Assembly: GCA_028023455.1 (NCBI GenBank)
Contig: JAQFVV010000006.1
Coordinates: 6,200,001 to 6,264,000 of the forward strand
Origin: Epiperipatus broadwayi
Lineage: Eukaryota > Animalia > Onychophora
DNA: 64,000 bases
Direction: 5' to 3'
The position numbers were made by a program, and so were the translations under genes. Positions 50,980-62,344 of this stretch are shown piece after piece (the first letter of the stretch is position 1; each line of letters begins with the position of its first letter). The notes under the pieces are model-generated. The model worked only from the letters and a program-made list of their open reading frames with translations, ran no database searches and was not told where the DNA came from.

Positions 50980-51950
50980 AGATTTTTCTCAGCGTCAGTT
51001 TATTATTAAGTTACCAAAAAAGTGACATCTGCAGAGAGAAACCATTTAAAATAATATTTAACCAGGATATTCTGCTATCTATTTGGTTTTAGAAGCTGCT
51101 CCAAAACATATTCTTTATTGCGATGATGAAAATCTTTGGCTGTACGGCTAATCTTTTTTCCCAGTGATGATCTTTCCAAGCATTATATACTTTTCTAATA
51201 AAGAAGATCATTCTATGATATATTCAAACCTGAACAATTTCACATTGACATGTAAGATGAGGATCCTATCATTACCATTGTAAACAGAATTCCATTATTA
51301 GAAGTCTTGTCCAGATGACTCAAAAATAAGTAGTAAAACAGCACATATTCAATTTTTTATGAAAATCTTTTATTGCTATCGCAGAAAACTGAAATTTGTT
51401 ATAATGCTTTTATTTCATACTATTAGCATCATATAGAATCAGCAATTGTATATGTTTATGATATATAAGTATTTTTATCAAGACTTGTCAGGAGTGAATC
51501 AAAATGTATAGTCCAGATATTACATAAAACCAAATTTGCATACAATATCATTCCACACTATTTCAATTCTTTTGCTAGTTTGCACTAAAATACTTTAAAC
51601 GTTATTTCTGGGCTTAAAAAAATCAACTTGTAAATGTAAACAAATGTCAGATCGCAGTAGTGAAAATATCATCGGTGCGATTAAGTATCCTTAATAATCG
51701 CAATGCAATTTGGATTAAATAAATAAATTTGAAAACAAATTATTTACGATTTAATATACAAAATACTGGGAACATGCTAAGAAACAAATTTCTCGGAGTG
51801 GACTTGAAAACGTTATTTGACTACAAAATGCATACTCATTTTTGAAATTAATTCATATTATCCAATTTTTTTTAAGTCTAACAATGAAAACTTTTTTTTA
51901 ATTGATATGTTTTTAGTTTCCAATACTTTTTAACATTATTCATAGTGTAT

Positions 51951-52063
51951 TTATGTTTTTTTTCATATGTCATAGCATCGGCCGGGAGGCGAACCTGCAA
52001 CAACCATCTGCAACCAACTGCTTCCTTGCAAGGCAGCTGCGCTGACCTCTCGGCTAACAACGC
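51951..52063 (-). mobile_element. tRNA-Gly-derived SINE, TGC subfamily with expanded variable region
   Basis: Minus: GCGTTGTTAGCCGAGAGGTCAGCGCAGCTGCCTTGCAAGGAAGCAGTTGGTTGCAGATGGTTGTTGCAGGTTCGCCTCCCGGCCGATGCTATGACATATG, then an A tail. Confidence 0.8.
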
Positions 52064-53039
52064 AATTAATAATGGGAAAAATTTATACATATTACATATG
52101 TGATATCTTGTTTATTTAGTTTATAATTCTGGTGATATTATATTGAGATAATGGAAGTCATCCATGTTAGTGCTGGTCATCCTTTTTCTCTTGTAGCTTT
52201 TACCAACATTATACACTTATTCAATGAATTAGGTCTGATTTAGCATAATGGTAGACAGATAGACTTTCAAGGTCCATCAATCACGACTCAGTTCTATCAT
52301 TTCTTGTTCTTAAACTTTTTATGAATTCCTAAGTAATCAACCATTCGATTTTTATTAGTATGCTATGATATGACCAAAAACAGACGAATTTCATTCTGAT
52401 TATTTGGACCTCATTTGAGACTAGAAATCTGAAATGATCAAGTTATGTATGATCATATATATATTTTCTGTGCTATCCATAGAATTTTCAAAGGCTTTTG
52501 CCAAAACCAAAAATTCAAGATATCATTACTTTTCCAAACTTTTTTCAATATCCAAATTTTATATTCATAGAAAGTCAGAGGAAATACCATAACTCAAGCA
52601 CTTTCTGATCTCTCTTAGTCCTTACATCTAAGAATCTTTTCCAGGTTTTTTTCATTTTTAAATCTAGAGGTTTAACTTTTTTATTTTAGAATTTCATAAT
52701 TAATCAAAAGAATCCATTATGTACATGTTCATTTTTTTTTCTTAATAAAATCAATTTTTAAAAGAAAAAAAAACTTAAATGTTTAACAATAAGACATATG
52801 GTTGATCTATAATATTTGATTGGCATTGAAAGCACTTACCATTAGGTGTTTTTGTTAAATTTTTTTGTTACAAAGATAGTTTGGATGAAGTACCCATCCT
52901 TATTCACCCCAAAATGACTGAATATACATGTTGAAGACTCATAGATTAGATATACAATAAAATCACTAAGAAAGTATATGACTTTAGTTACAGTAGTAAG
53001 AAAATCAAGTCATACCTCATGTGGCTTAACTTATTAAGC

Positions 53040-53637
53040 TGTGCTAATAGCTCTAAACAAGCTTTTCCAATAAATGCTGGAAGAGAAAGCATTCAAAATC
53101 TCTATCCTCAAAACAGTTTTGAGCTGATAGCTCTCTTCAGTGAGGTTCCAGGATATTTAGACACAAGATCTAAAATACAAACTCAAGCACAGTATTTATC
53201 TCTAATATATAACTATTAAGTAGAAAATCTGAAAATTTCAGACATCTATGTGTCTTCAAGTCATGTGATATATAACTTGATTTTCTTACTATTACAATTT
53301 TGCTTTTAAGGCTTTGGTGATGTTATATTGCTAAAGCTATTAATATATAGTGTATCTGAATTTAGTTCAGTCCCATATGGCTACTTAAGTTAGATGATTA
53401 GATTTAAAGACATATAGATATCTGAAAATTTCAGATTTTCTTTTTAATAGTTAAGTATTAAATAAATACTGTGCTTGAATTGGTATTTTAGATGTAGGGT
53501 CTGAATATCCTGATACTTCACTGATGAGAGCCATCAGCTCAAAACTGGTTTGGGAATAGGGATAATTCTAGATAGAGATTTTAAATGCTTTCTCTTCTGG
53601 CATTTATCAAAAAAGTTGGTTTAGAGCTATTAGCACA
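53040..53637. mobile_element. Hammerhead family D foldback
   Basis: Arms 53040-53256 and 53407-53637. Minus 53106-53145 reads CCTCA CTGAAGA GAGC TATCA GCTC AAAA CTGTT T TGAGG. Plus 53516-53555 reads CTTCA CTGATGA GAGC CATCA GCTC AAAA CTGGT T TGGGA. Confidence 0.85.
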
Positions 53638-54129
53638 TTCTTTAGATGACTTTAATTATATGAAATTAAATAAACAAACAAAAAAATATTAAAATTTCAA
53701 ATTTAATACATTTGATAATAGTCGATCAGTCATTTCTCATTTGTGAGCACTGTACATGATTATGTGTAAAAACATAAAATTTGAAAATAAAATTTAAATT
53801 GTGCCAGCAGCTGTTTTTCTGTATTAGATCACTGTAAATGATCGTGTTTGTTAATAAAATTTCTTCAATTTACATTGAAAGCACATAAGTTTTATTCTTC
53901 CTTTATCCTCCTTTCCAGATTTGATGTGCAGTATTTCATGCAAATACATTTATAAACGAGAATATAAAAAATATTTGAAAATTCTTAAATCTGTCCTTCT
54001 CCCACTCTCAATTGTATTAATTAGAGATTGTTAATGTTTGATGCCAATGATGCAATTCACATCTCTTCATACCAGAGTGGCACTTGTAAGCATGTGCAAT
54101 CAATGAAAATCAGTTTTATAACTTTATTC

Positions 54130-54519
54130 TTCTTATTGCATTGCCAAATCCATATAATATTAATATCATCTATGTTCTTTATTATTTTTATAATGCTTTT
54201 TTACTAACCACTATTGACAGTTTCGATTGCCTCAGCAATCTTCTTCAGAACTTCTACTTATACTTCCACTAGGGGTATCCCTTTCCAATAATGTTCTTTT
54301 AACCATGTTTTGATTTTTTCTATATCCTCTAGTTAACATCATTTTATTTGCTTGAGGGAATGCTGTTTTTTAAATTTTTATGCTCTTTATGCTAGTTAAT
54401 TGTATATTTGGAAATAGAAATTCTGAAGAAGATTTCTGGAGCAATCAAAACTGTCAATAGTAGGTTGTACAAAAAAGCATTGTAAAAAGTAATAAAGAAC
54501 ATAGATGACATTAATATTA
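54130..54519. mobile_element. Hammerhead family C foldback
   Basis: Arms ~54155-54251 and 54420-54519. Same sequence family as 48691-49105. Confidence 0.85.
54213..54251 (-). ncRNA. Minimal hammerhead motif (family C) with extra A after A9
   Basis: Minus: GTT CTGAAGA A GATTGC TGAG GCAATC GAAA CTGT C AAT. Perfect 6-bp stem II, GUC triplet, very short stems I and III. Confidence 0.6.
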
Positions 54520-55145
54520 CAATGAAAATCAGATAACAGATCTCCAGGCTAGTTTTGAATATAGGCCCTTATCATACCATAGTGTAATCATTCGGAGGCA
54601 TGGTTTTCCTCGTCGTTTATTGATCATAATAGTTTATATTTACATTTATATTCTAAAATTATATCAGCTATAAAGTAGGTTTGTTGATTCAAAAAAGTCA
54701 TTTGATGGTGACACTATATCAATAATACAACATATAACTTCCTCTACTTACATTTAACGGACATTTTTAGGAGTTTCCGATAACATAAGTTAAATATAAA
54801 GATGAAAGTCATGTGATGCTTTGTTATATACTATCTTATCCAAAAAGTGAAAGATTTTTTTCAGTTATCTTATAACAAAACTCACTAAAATATATATATA
54901 CTTCTTACTCTAATCTCAGACTTATAATTAGATAATCAAATGAGCTTGAGTTCAAAACCTTAAACTTTTTTAAATTCAGGGCATTAATTCAATTTTTAAA
55001 GTGCCTTTTAGATATGTAAAAGCATTAGTTCCAGCATTAGATCCAAGTTTTTTACTGTTAACCAATATAAGATATGGACATATTAGTATCACTATTCAAT
55101 GTCCAATGATTACTTAAGCTTACAATATATGACTCAGGGGCAGAG

Positions 55146-56219
55146 TGAAGAGAATTAAGCAAAGAAAAGAGAGTGGTTGATAAAGAAATTGACAGTGTTT
55201 TCATATAATAAATATGATGTAGCTAGAATTGTATGGAAGGGAGTTGCAGTAGCAGGGTTAACATATGGTAATGATACATTATGTGTTAGTAAAGGAGTAT
55301 TATATTATTTAGGAAAAGTACAAAGGGAAGTAGGAAGACATGCATTGAATGCAGATGTATGGACAGCAAGGGAGGCAATTTAAGGAGAAATGGGATGGTC
55401 AAGTTTTTATATGAGAGATGCAAAAAGTAAAATTAAAATGTTTGGTAGGTTGCAGTTTATGGATAATAAAAGAATAACCAAAATAGTATTTAATTGGATT
55501 ACGAGTAAAAGGCAGGCAACAAGATGGGTGAGAAAGGTAATGTGATATGCAAAAGATTTGGATAAAGAATTTATATCAGTATACTTGTACAAAAGGTGGG
55601 ATGATTGTGTTAGGAGGATTGTTGAGTGTTATGGTGGTAAGGAATGGGATAAATAGATGTATTAATAAAGAATAGGAAGTTGCAGAGATGGAGAACTAGT
55701 ATGGAGAGTAAAAAGAGTTTAAATATATATAGAAGTAAAGGGAACATTGAGTGCAAGTTAATTTATGATAATAATAAGGAAAATAGTTTATTGTTTAAGG
55801 CTCGAATGGGATTTTTAGCAACAAGAGAATATACACATAAATGGAAAAAAATGGGTGATTTAGTCTGCAAAATTGTGTAAGGAAGACATAGAAAATATTA
55901 GGCATCTGTTAATTGAATGTAAATGCTTGAAAGCAGAAAGGGTACAAATAATAAAGTTATGGAAAAATAAATATGAACAAAGTGATTATACAGAAAGTGG
56001 GTTGTTGTTTTTTATGCTGGGTTTGGGAAAAGATAAAGGGGATTTAGATATGAAGGCCATGGAGTTGACAAAGATTATATTGTGGAAATGGGATGAGCGG
56101 ATTATGGGAAAACTTAGGGTGGGGAATGGAAAGGGAAGGTTGGCTAACAGATTTCTCTGGGCATAGTTGCTGAGAGATTCCTGACTCTGTTTAAGGAGAA
56201 GTCACGGAGCATCATGCAC
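55146..56219 (+). mobile_element. 5'-truncated LINE (same family as 26460-30942)
   Basis: ORFs 55177-55383, 55680-55880 and 55873-56166 (CKEDIENIRHLLIECK). Shared 3' UTR CTGAGAGATTCCTGA..AAGGAGAAGTCAC. Confidence 0.85.
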
Positions 56220-57526
56220 TTTGAACTGATAGCATAATATTCTGAAACAACAAAATCTTGGTCATTATCAATAATTATTTACTGAGGCATCCTATCTTAA
56301 TAAAAATTATTTTAATATATCCCCTTGACAATTCTTTATAATTTCACTGTTACATAAAAAAAACTTTTCATTACTACATAAGTTTTTAAGTTTTACGATT
56401 TTATCTAACTTATAAAAAATTAACATTGTTATCTTTCTTACTTCTTTTCTTGTAACAATTCTTAAGCAAAACTGAATTTTTTTAAAAAAATAAAAATAAA
56501 ATGTTTACAAAATTTTTAATTTAGAATACTGTTCACGCATTAATAATCAAAACAAAAAGCAACATTAATTATGTAAGTTATTAATATTCAGTTAATCAAT
56601 TAGTGTGCACAGTAAAAGTTAATTAATTCCTTTAATGGTTTTTCTCTCTTTTTTAATTAATTAATTTTTTTTTAAGTATTTGAAAATGTTATTATTTTGT
56701 AACGAATTAGAACTACAAAAAAAAAAAAAACAAATTTGCATATATATAATACCAAATGTGCAAATCATACTCTAATATCTATCGCCCATGATGATTTTCA
56801 AAAATTAATTATATATACTCTACAGCAACATTTCACATTAATAACTATCTGCTTAATAGAAATTTGCTATAACAACACAGTTTTTGAAATATACCTGCAT
56901 AAATTTTGTGTGAGAGTCCAAAAATTACATCAAGATCCTTTTTTTTTACCAGAACAGCATACATCTATCAATTTTACCAATTTTATACTATCATTATATT
57001 TTCAATTTTAATAATATCTGATTCTATACATATATAAATATAAACATACATATATAAATTTATTTACAGATTATAAGTAGTTTAATTAATTTACTTTATT
57101 TTATACCTAAAATTTCTCAATGTTTGTCTGTAACGCTGTCACATGATATTCAAGGTAAACATTTTTTTGATAGAGGGTGTATTTTTTAAGAAAAAAATAA
57201 CTATTTATTCCACTATTAATAAACCATATTTTTTTTTACAAAGCATTTCACACAAAGAAAGTAATTCTTTTCTTACATTTAAGAGGCTTAATTTAATTAC
57301 AAGCATTTTATTCAAAGCAAGTAATTCTGCAAAACAAAACAAAATTGTTAAAGCAATCAATCATAAAAAAAATCTAATACAAAAATGATAGTCTGCCCAG
57401 GTACATTTGCCAATACATAATTCCACAGAGCAAAAAAAAATTGTTAAAGTGACCAATTAAAAAAATGTTGTCAAATTCACTTATCAAATACAACAGATAT
57501 ATTTTTAATTTAGCTTTATTAACAAT

Positions 57527-58915
57527 ACCCTGTTTTCCCCAAAATAAGACCCAACCAAAAAATAAGCCTTAGCATGATTTTGCAGGCTGCCAATAATATA
57601 AGCCCTACCTCAAATAAAAGCCCCAATTAAGATTGTCAGCTCATTGAAACACACAACAGACATATTTAATTATAATGTAATGAATACATAAATAGATATA
57701 AATGTAGATTTGTTTACTTGAATAAATGTTACTCAGAATTATTTTGCAAGCAGACTCATAACTAATCATTTTAATAAAATTGCAAATACAACTTTACTTT
57801 TCATTAATCAATGCCCATTTATTCAATCTCATAGAATTCCTCTTTCATCTGACCTCCAACTGTACATATTGTAAATAAATCAACATTGATATTCAAAAAG
57901 GCTGAAACTTGTTGTTAATGGTAATCTTAATTCACAAATCAATCAAGCCAGCTTATCACTTTATATATTACTTTTAATTAAATATTACTGTAGTGTTTGG
58001 CTTGGCTTACAGGTTCAGCTCCAAACCAACAGACAAATGATGACAAACTATTCAACAATTAATATGTATAATTTATTAGTTACAAAAATATACACACATG
58101 TTAGTTAATCAAACATATACATATGGTTTATACAAGTCAATACTGACATAGTCATGCCGAGTAATAGAACTCACATCCAGCTATATAAGTAGACTACCTT
58201 GTGAGCTCAAGTAAGAGACTTCTGGATTTACAAGATCTTGCCTTGAGTCAACCTAGTTCAGACTCTTCCAGCTGCCCTTAGACAGCTTGCCTCGACTTGG
58301 TTGCAGAAGTAGCAGTTTCCAGTCCCTATGTGGACCTGCCTCACTGCATGGACATCGCAATAATGACTAGAGAAATACATTTGCTAATGGCAGAAGGTTT
58401 ATTGGAGAACACATTCAGTCATTAAGGTTGACAGAAGTAATTGCTCTCTTTGTCGTGCCTCCAAAAAGGCTGACTATTTAATGGCAGATCCCTATCTTGC
58501 TTGAAACACTTGGATTATGTGCTGAACCCCAATAAAGTATTTATCCCCATTGGATAGTGACCAGGTGCCAGCCAATCAGGCAAAGAATCTGGAATAGTCT
58601 ACTTCTAAGGCAAGGTCAGATATGGCAATTACTAATAAAACAGAACATAAAAAACTTTGAATAGACTCATATTGAATTATTATAATGTTAACCATTACAT
58701 ATTCAAACAGTAGTAAAGTTATTTACGTGCTGTATAAATTACTAATATTGAATAAATGTAGATTTTTGTATTTCAATAAATATTGGTTTTTGTACTTGAA
58801 TAAATGTATATTTTTGAACACAAAAAAATAAGAGACATCCCTGAAAATAAACCCTAAGTCATCTTTTGGACAAAAATTAATATAAGACCTAGTCTTATTT
58901 TCAGAAAAACATGGT
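57527..58915. mobile_element. Non-autonomous Tc1/mariner (Tc2-like) element
   Basis: TIRs ACCCTGTTTTCCCCAAAATAAGAC (57527-57550) and GTCTTATTTTCAGAAAAACATGGT (58892-58915). Subterminal ATAAG(A)CC repeats. Confidence 0.65.
57989..58627 (-). mobile_element. Solo LTR (639 bp) inside the Tc2-like element
   Basis: TG...CA termini. 5-bp TSD ATTAC at 57984-57988 and 58628-58632. Minus-strand TATA-like site (~58183) and AATAAA (~58075). GC higher than the flanks. Confidence 0.75.
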
Positions 58916-60459
58916 GGTTTTGTGTTATTAAAGCAACCAATTAAAAAAAGGTATTATAAAAACCAAGGCCTTCCAAGCTATGTACTCTTCTCACATTTAC
59001 TTATATAATATTAAAATCTTTTGTTTGATTTACATTAAATCTTAAAAAAAAATAATTATCAAAGCAACCAATTAAAAAAAATGGTAGCCTTTCCAAGACC
59101 GGGTACATCTGGTATGTATATAAATTAAATAGTATAAATTTAAATACTCTCTATTATGACTATAAAAATTATTAATTTATAACCTTTCCAGTATTATTCA
59201 GTTTATATATGCAAAAACTATGTATATCTTTTGGATTAAAAATACTTTTTATTAGTGGAAACTGGTTTTATTTAGTTTTAAATGCGACTAATTTCATTTC
59301 TTAGAATATATTTTTTAAAAAATACTAGCATGACTTCTTTCTAAATTGAATAATACTCTTGATTTAATAATCCAAAAAAAGTTATGGGTACATCTTTAAA
59401 AAATAAAGATTCAGATTGTCCAAGCTATAGTGCTTCCAATGGATATAAAAATTAAGCACCATATAAAAGAATACAAAAAAGTAGCGATTCCTTTGAGCTG
59501 TGATGCTAATGAAAACTTTATGAATTCTGGGTCCTCAACAGAAAATGAACAAGTTTATTCCTTTTTTTCGTTTTTTATAAGTGTGCCTTTCATCTTGATC
59601 CCTCACTGCCTTGTTCAAATTAGAATTTAATTCTCTGTTAAAGAATAAAGGACTGGGAATAAATTATCTTATTCTGATCATATCATGAAACACTCTAATT
59701 TATTGTGAAATAGTAATAATGCTTGAAAAGATTGTTGATAAAAAAGAAAGAAGGCGACCAGAGGTGAGGTGGATATACTTCATCATCACAATAATGAATG
59801 CGTTTTTGAGCACTTGAAAAACCAAACAGGTGGTAGGTTTTTGTGAAGTAATACTATTTATATGTGCATCAGGATTTGGATATCAATTTGATTACATCTG
59901 ATAATGATCACTATAAGTCAAAAAAATGTTATGCTTTTAAGTTTATTATGAAAAGGGGTGCATTGACTTTAGCAAAAATGGTTCATTGATCATAGACACC
60001 TACTGCTCTCACCTATCATATGAGCTGACATAGACTAATTGACCCTAAAATTACAACATGAGCTTTAAAAATATAAGATATAATCAATTAATATATGCAA
60101 GTTTATTTAGAATGCTGCATTAAATATGACGTTTCCATACACACGTGGGAGTATTTGAAACAATGTTTACTTCCAAAAGAAATTATTAATGATGTTTTAT
60201 GAATGACAATTCATTTTATAAATAAACATAATTACAATTTTAATATCAATTAAAACATTTCCTCACTTCCTTTTTTTAAATTGTATTAATTGGAAAACAA
60301 CTCAAATTAACTTTTAAATTGATTCTTTTTTTAAAAAATGAAATATATTTTAATCACCATTATTTAAGGCACTAGAACATCTTCAGACTGCGCATAGATT
60401 TCCTAATTCACGTGATAAAATAATTCATTTTAATATTTGTTTTTAAATATCATTTTTTA

Positions 60460-60680
60460 AGTATTATCTACTGCAGGATAAAGGTCTAATGCAGTTTTTC
60501 TGATCGATAATCTCCTTTCTTTACATCAGACCAACTAACTTTCTTATTTCATCTCACACGTGGTCTCTTTCTAGGTCTTTTACAATCTTTTAAGATACCA
60601 TTCAAGATGTCTGGTGACTAACTATTATCATTTCTTCTAGCCATATGTCCAGCACAGCTACACTTTCATCTCCTAAATAA
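60460..60680 (-). mobile_element. 3' end fragment of RTE LINE
   Basis: ATCTACTGCAGGATAAAGGTC...CATCTCACACGTGGTCTCTTTCTAGGTCTTTTACAATC...CATATGTCCAGC matches 21800-22020. Confidence 0.7.
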
Positions 60681-60727
60681 TTGAATGGATTTATTGATTG
60701 GGGGTTTATAAGCAGCTTGGGCATGGA

Positions 60728-60800
60728 GGCACCAGAACTGGGATTGATCCCAAGACCATATGATCCAGAGTCTGGGTACTCCACTACTGCATCTAACTAT
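60728..60800 (-). mobile_element. tRNA-like SINE head related to the 67-bp array unit
   Basis: GCACCAGAACTGGGATTGATCCCAAGACC aligns with the first array unit GCACCAGAACTG...GAATCAATCCTGAGACC at 43789. Confidence 0.5.
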
Positions 60801-62344
60801 GCAGGTCTATTATTTCAATTATATGTGAGCTTACTTTACTGTGTTTTTATAAATATTATAAAAAGGAAGCCAGAAATAGAACACTTTGATAAAGGTAATC
60901 TGGTTAGATTCTGGGGAGTTTACATAATAACCAAAGATAAATATTGTATCCAAAATATCTCTGCTTATAATCTGCTCCTCTATTCATCCACCTGATGCTT
61001 TTAAAAATAAAAAACATAATAAGTGTAACATTCACAGAAGTATGAAACCTCCCAACAATAATTAGGGAAGTCCATATCAAAATAATAAATCTTTGTTATA
61101 TATACAGCATATAGAAGGTTGAAATATGTATTAGAGAGCATTTTCATATCAAGCTAGTAATCTGGACCATAAGTCTGTGCATTGTCTCCCATGTGAGTAA
61201 CCTGGGTCATTGGTTTGTACCAGGTAAATCTTTTTTCTTTTTTTTTACAGGTCACAAGTAGGTTTAAGAAAAAAAATTTTTTCAGATGGATACTCCATGA
61301 CTGACTCAGCTGACAGTCAGTAAATGGGTGTTCAGTTATTTTTAGCTAGAGAGTAAAGTCATAGGTATAATAATGTTATTGTAAAATGGTATGCTTTTTA
61401 TTACTGATGCTTATATTAAATAAATCTTTTTTTAAAATTATTTTTCTTTGCAATTTTTGCTCTGATTTTATTCTCTTATGACAATTTTGACTACTTAACA
61501 GTCTTCTTCAGACCTATTATTTCACTTTTTTTTTTTTTTGAATAATAATAACTGCTAGATAGTTGAAGCTATCATAAATGAATGAAAGCAAAGTGCAAAA
61601 AAAAAAGGTCTTCTTTTTTTAAAAAATCTACTCAATAGGCAATTGGTCTTTATTGAGTGGATGTGTTGCATTCTTATGGGTGCTGAGCCTGTGGCGTTAT
61701 CTGACCAATCTGAGTTAATCTGGAAGTAATTCCTAATAAGCTAGACACCCATTTCTTGGTCAATATTTGACAACTAGTTGGGTTTATTTGATGACTGTCT
61801 ACCTGAAAAAAATCTTAGGTATGTTTGTAATTATGATGTATATGTGGGTATAATAGATGATTTGTTAGACCTTATACCATGAAATTCTTAAAATATATTT
61901 TGCCAATTTTTTTTTTTAATAATGGGGAAAGGGGGTGGGGATATTTAAGAATTTTAAAAAATTTCTTGTTTTGATACTTCAACAGGGCTGTCAATCATAT
62001 TTACCCCTATCCTTACTAGAGCATTAAGCAAATTCATACTGACCCTTTATACTGGCAGCCTAATATACATATATAAATAATTAAAACACTCTACAATAAA
62101 CTCTGCAATATTCAATATACTAATAAAAAAAATCAATATTATCTACAGCCAGCTTACAACAGAATATACATCCTGAATAGCATTTAATAATTATATATAT
62201 ATATATATAAGGTATTTAATATAGAAAACATTTTAGGTAAGGATGAAATCAACTACTTGCTGAATGTAATTATAGCCTTTTTTATATACAATTTAAGACA
62301 GCAATCTGTTTGGAACTGTCAAAACAAGAAAGTGCATATATAAT

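Noticed and set aside
51092-51300. HILYCDDENLWLYG resembling a Polinton-type protein-primed DNA polymerase motif
   Set aside because: One short, imperfect motif followed by a stop. It cannot be supported without a profile search (TBLASTN/HMMER against pPolB).
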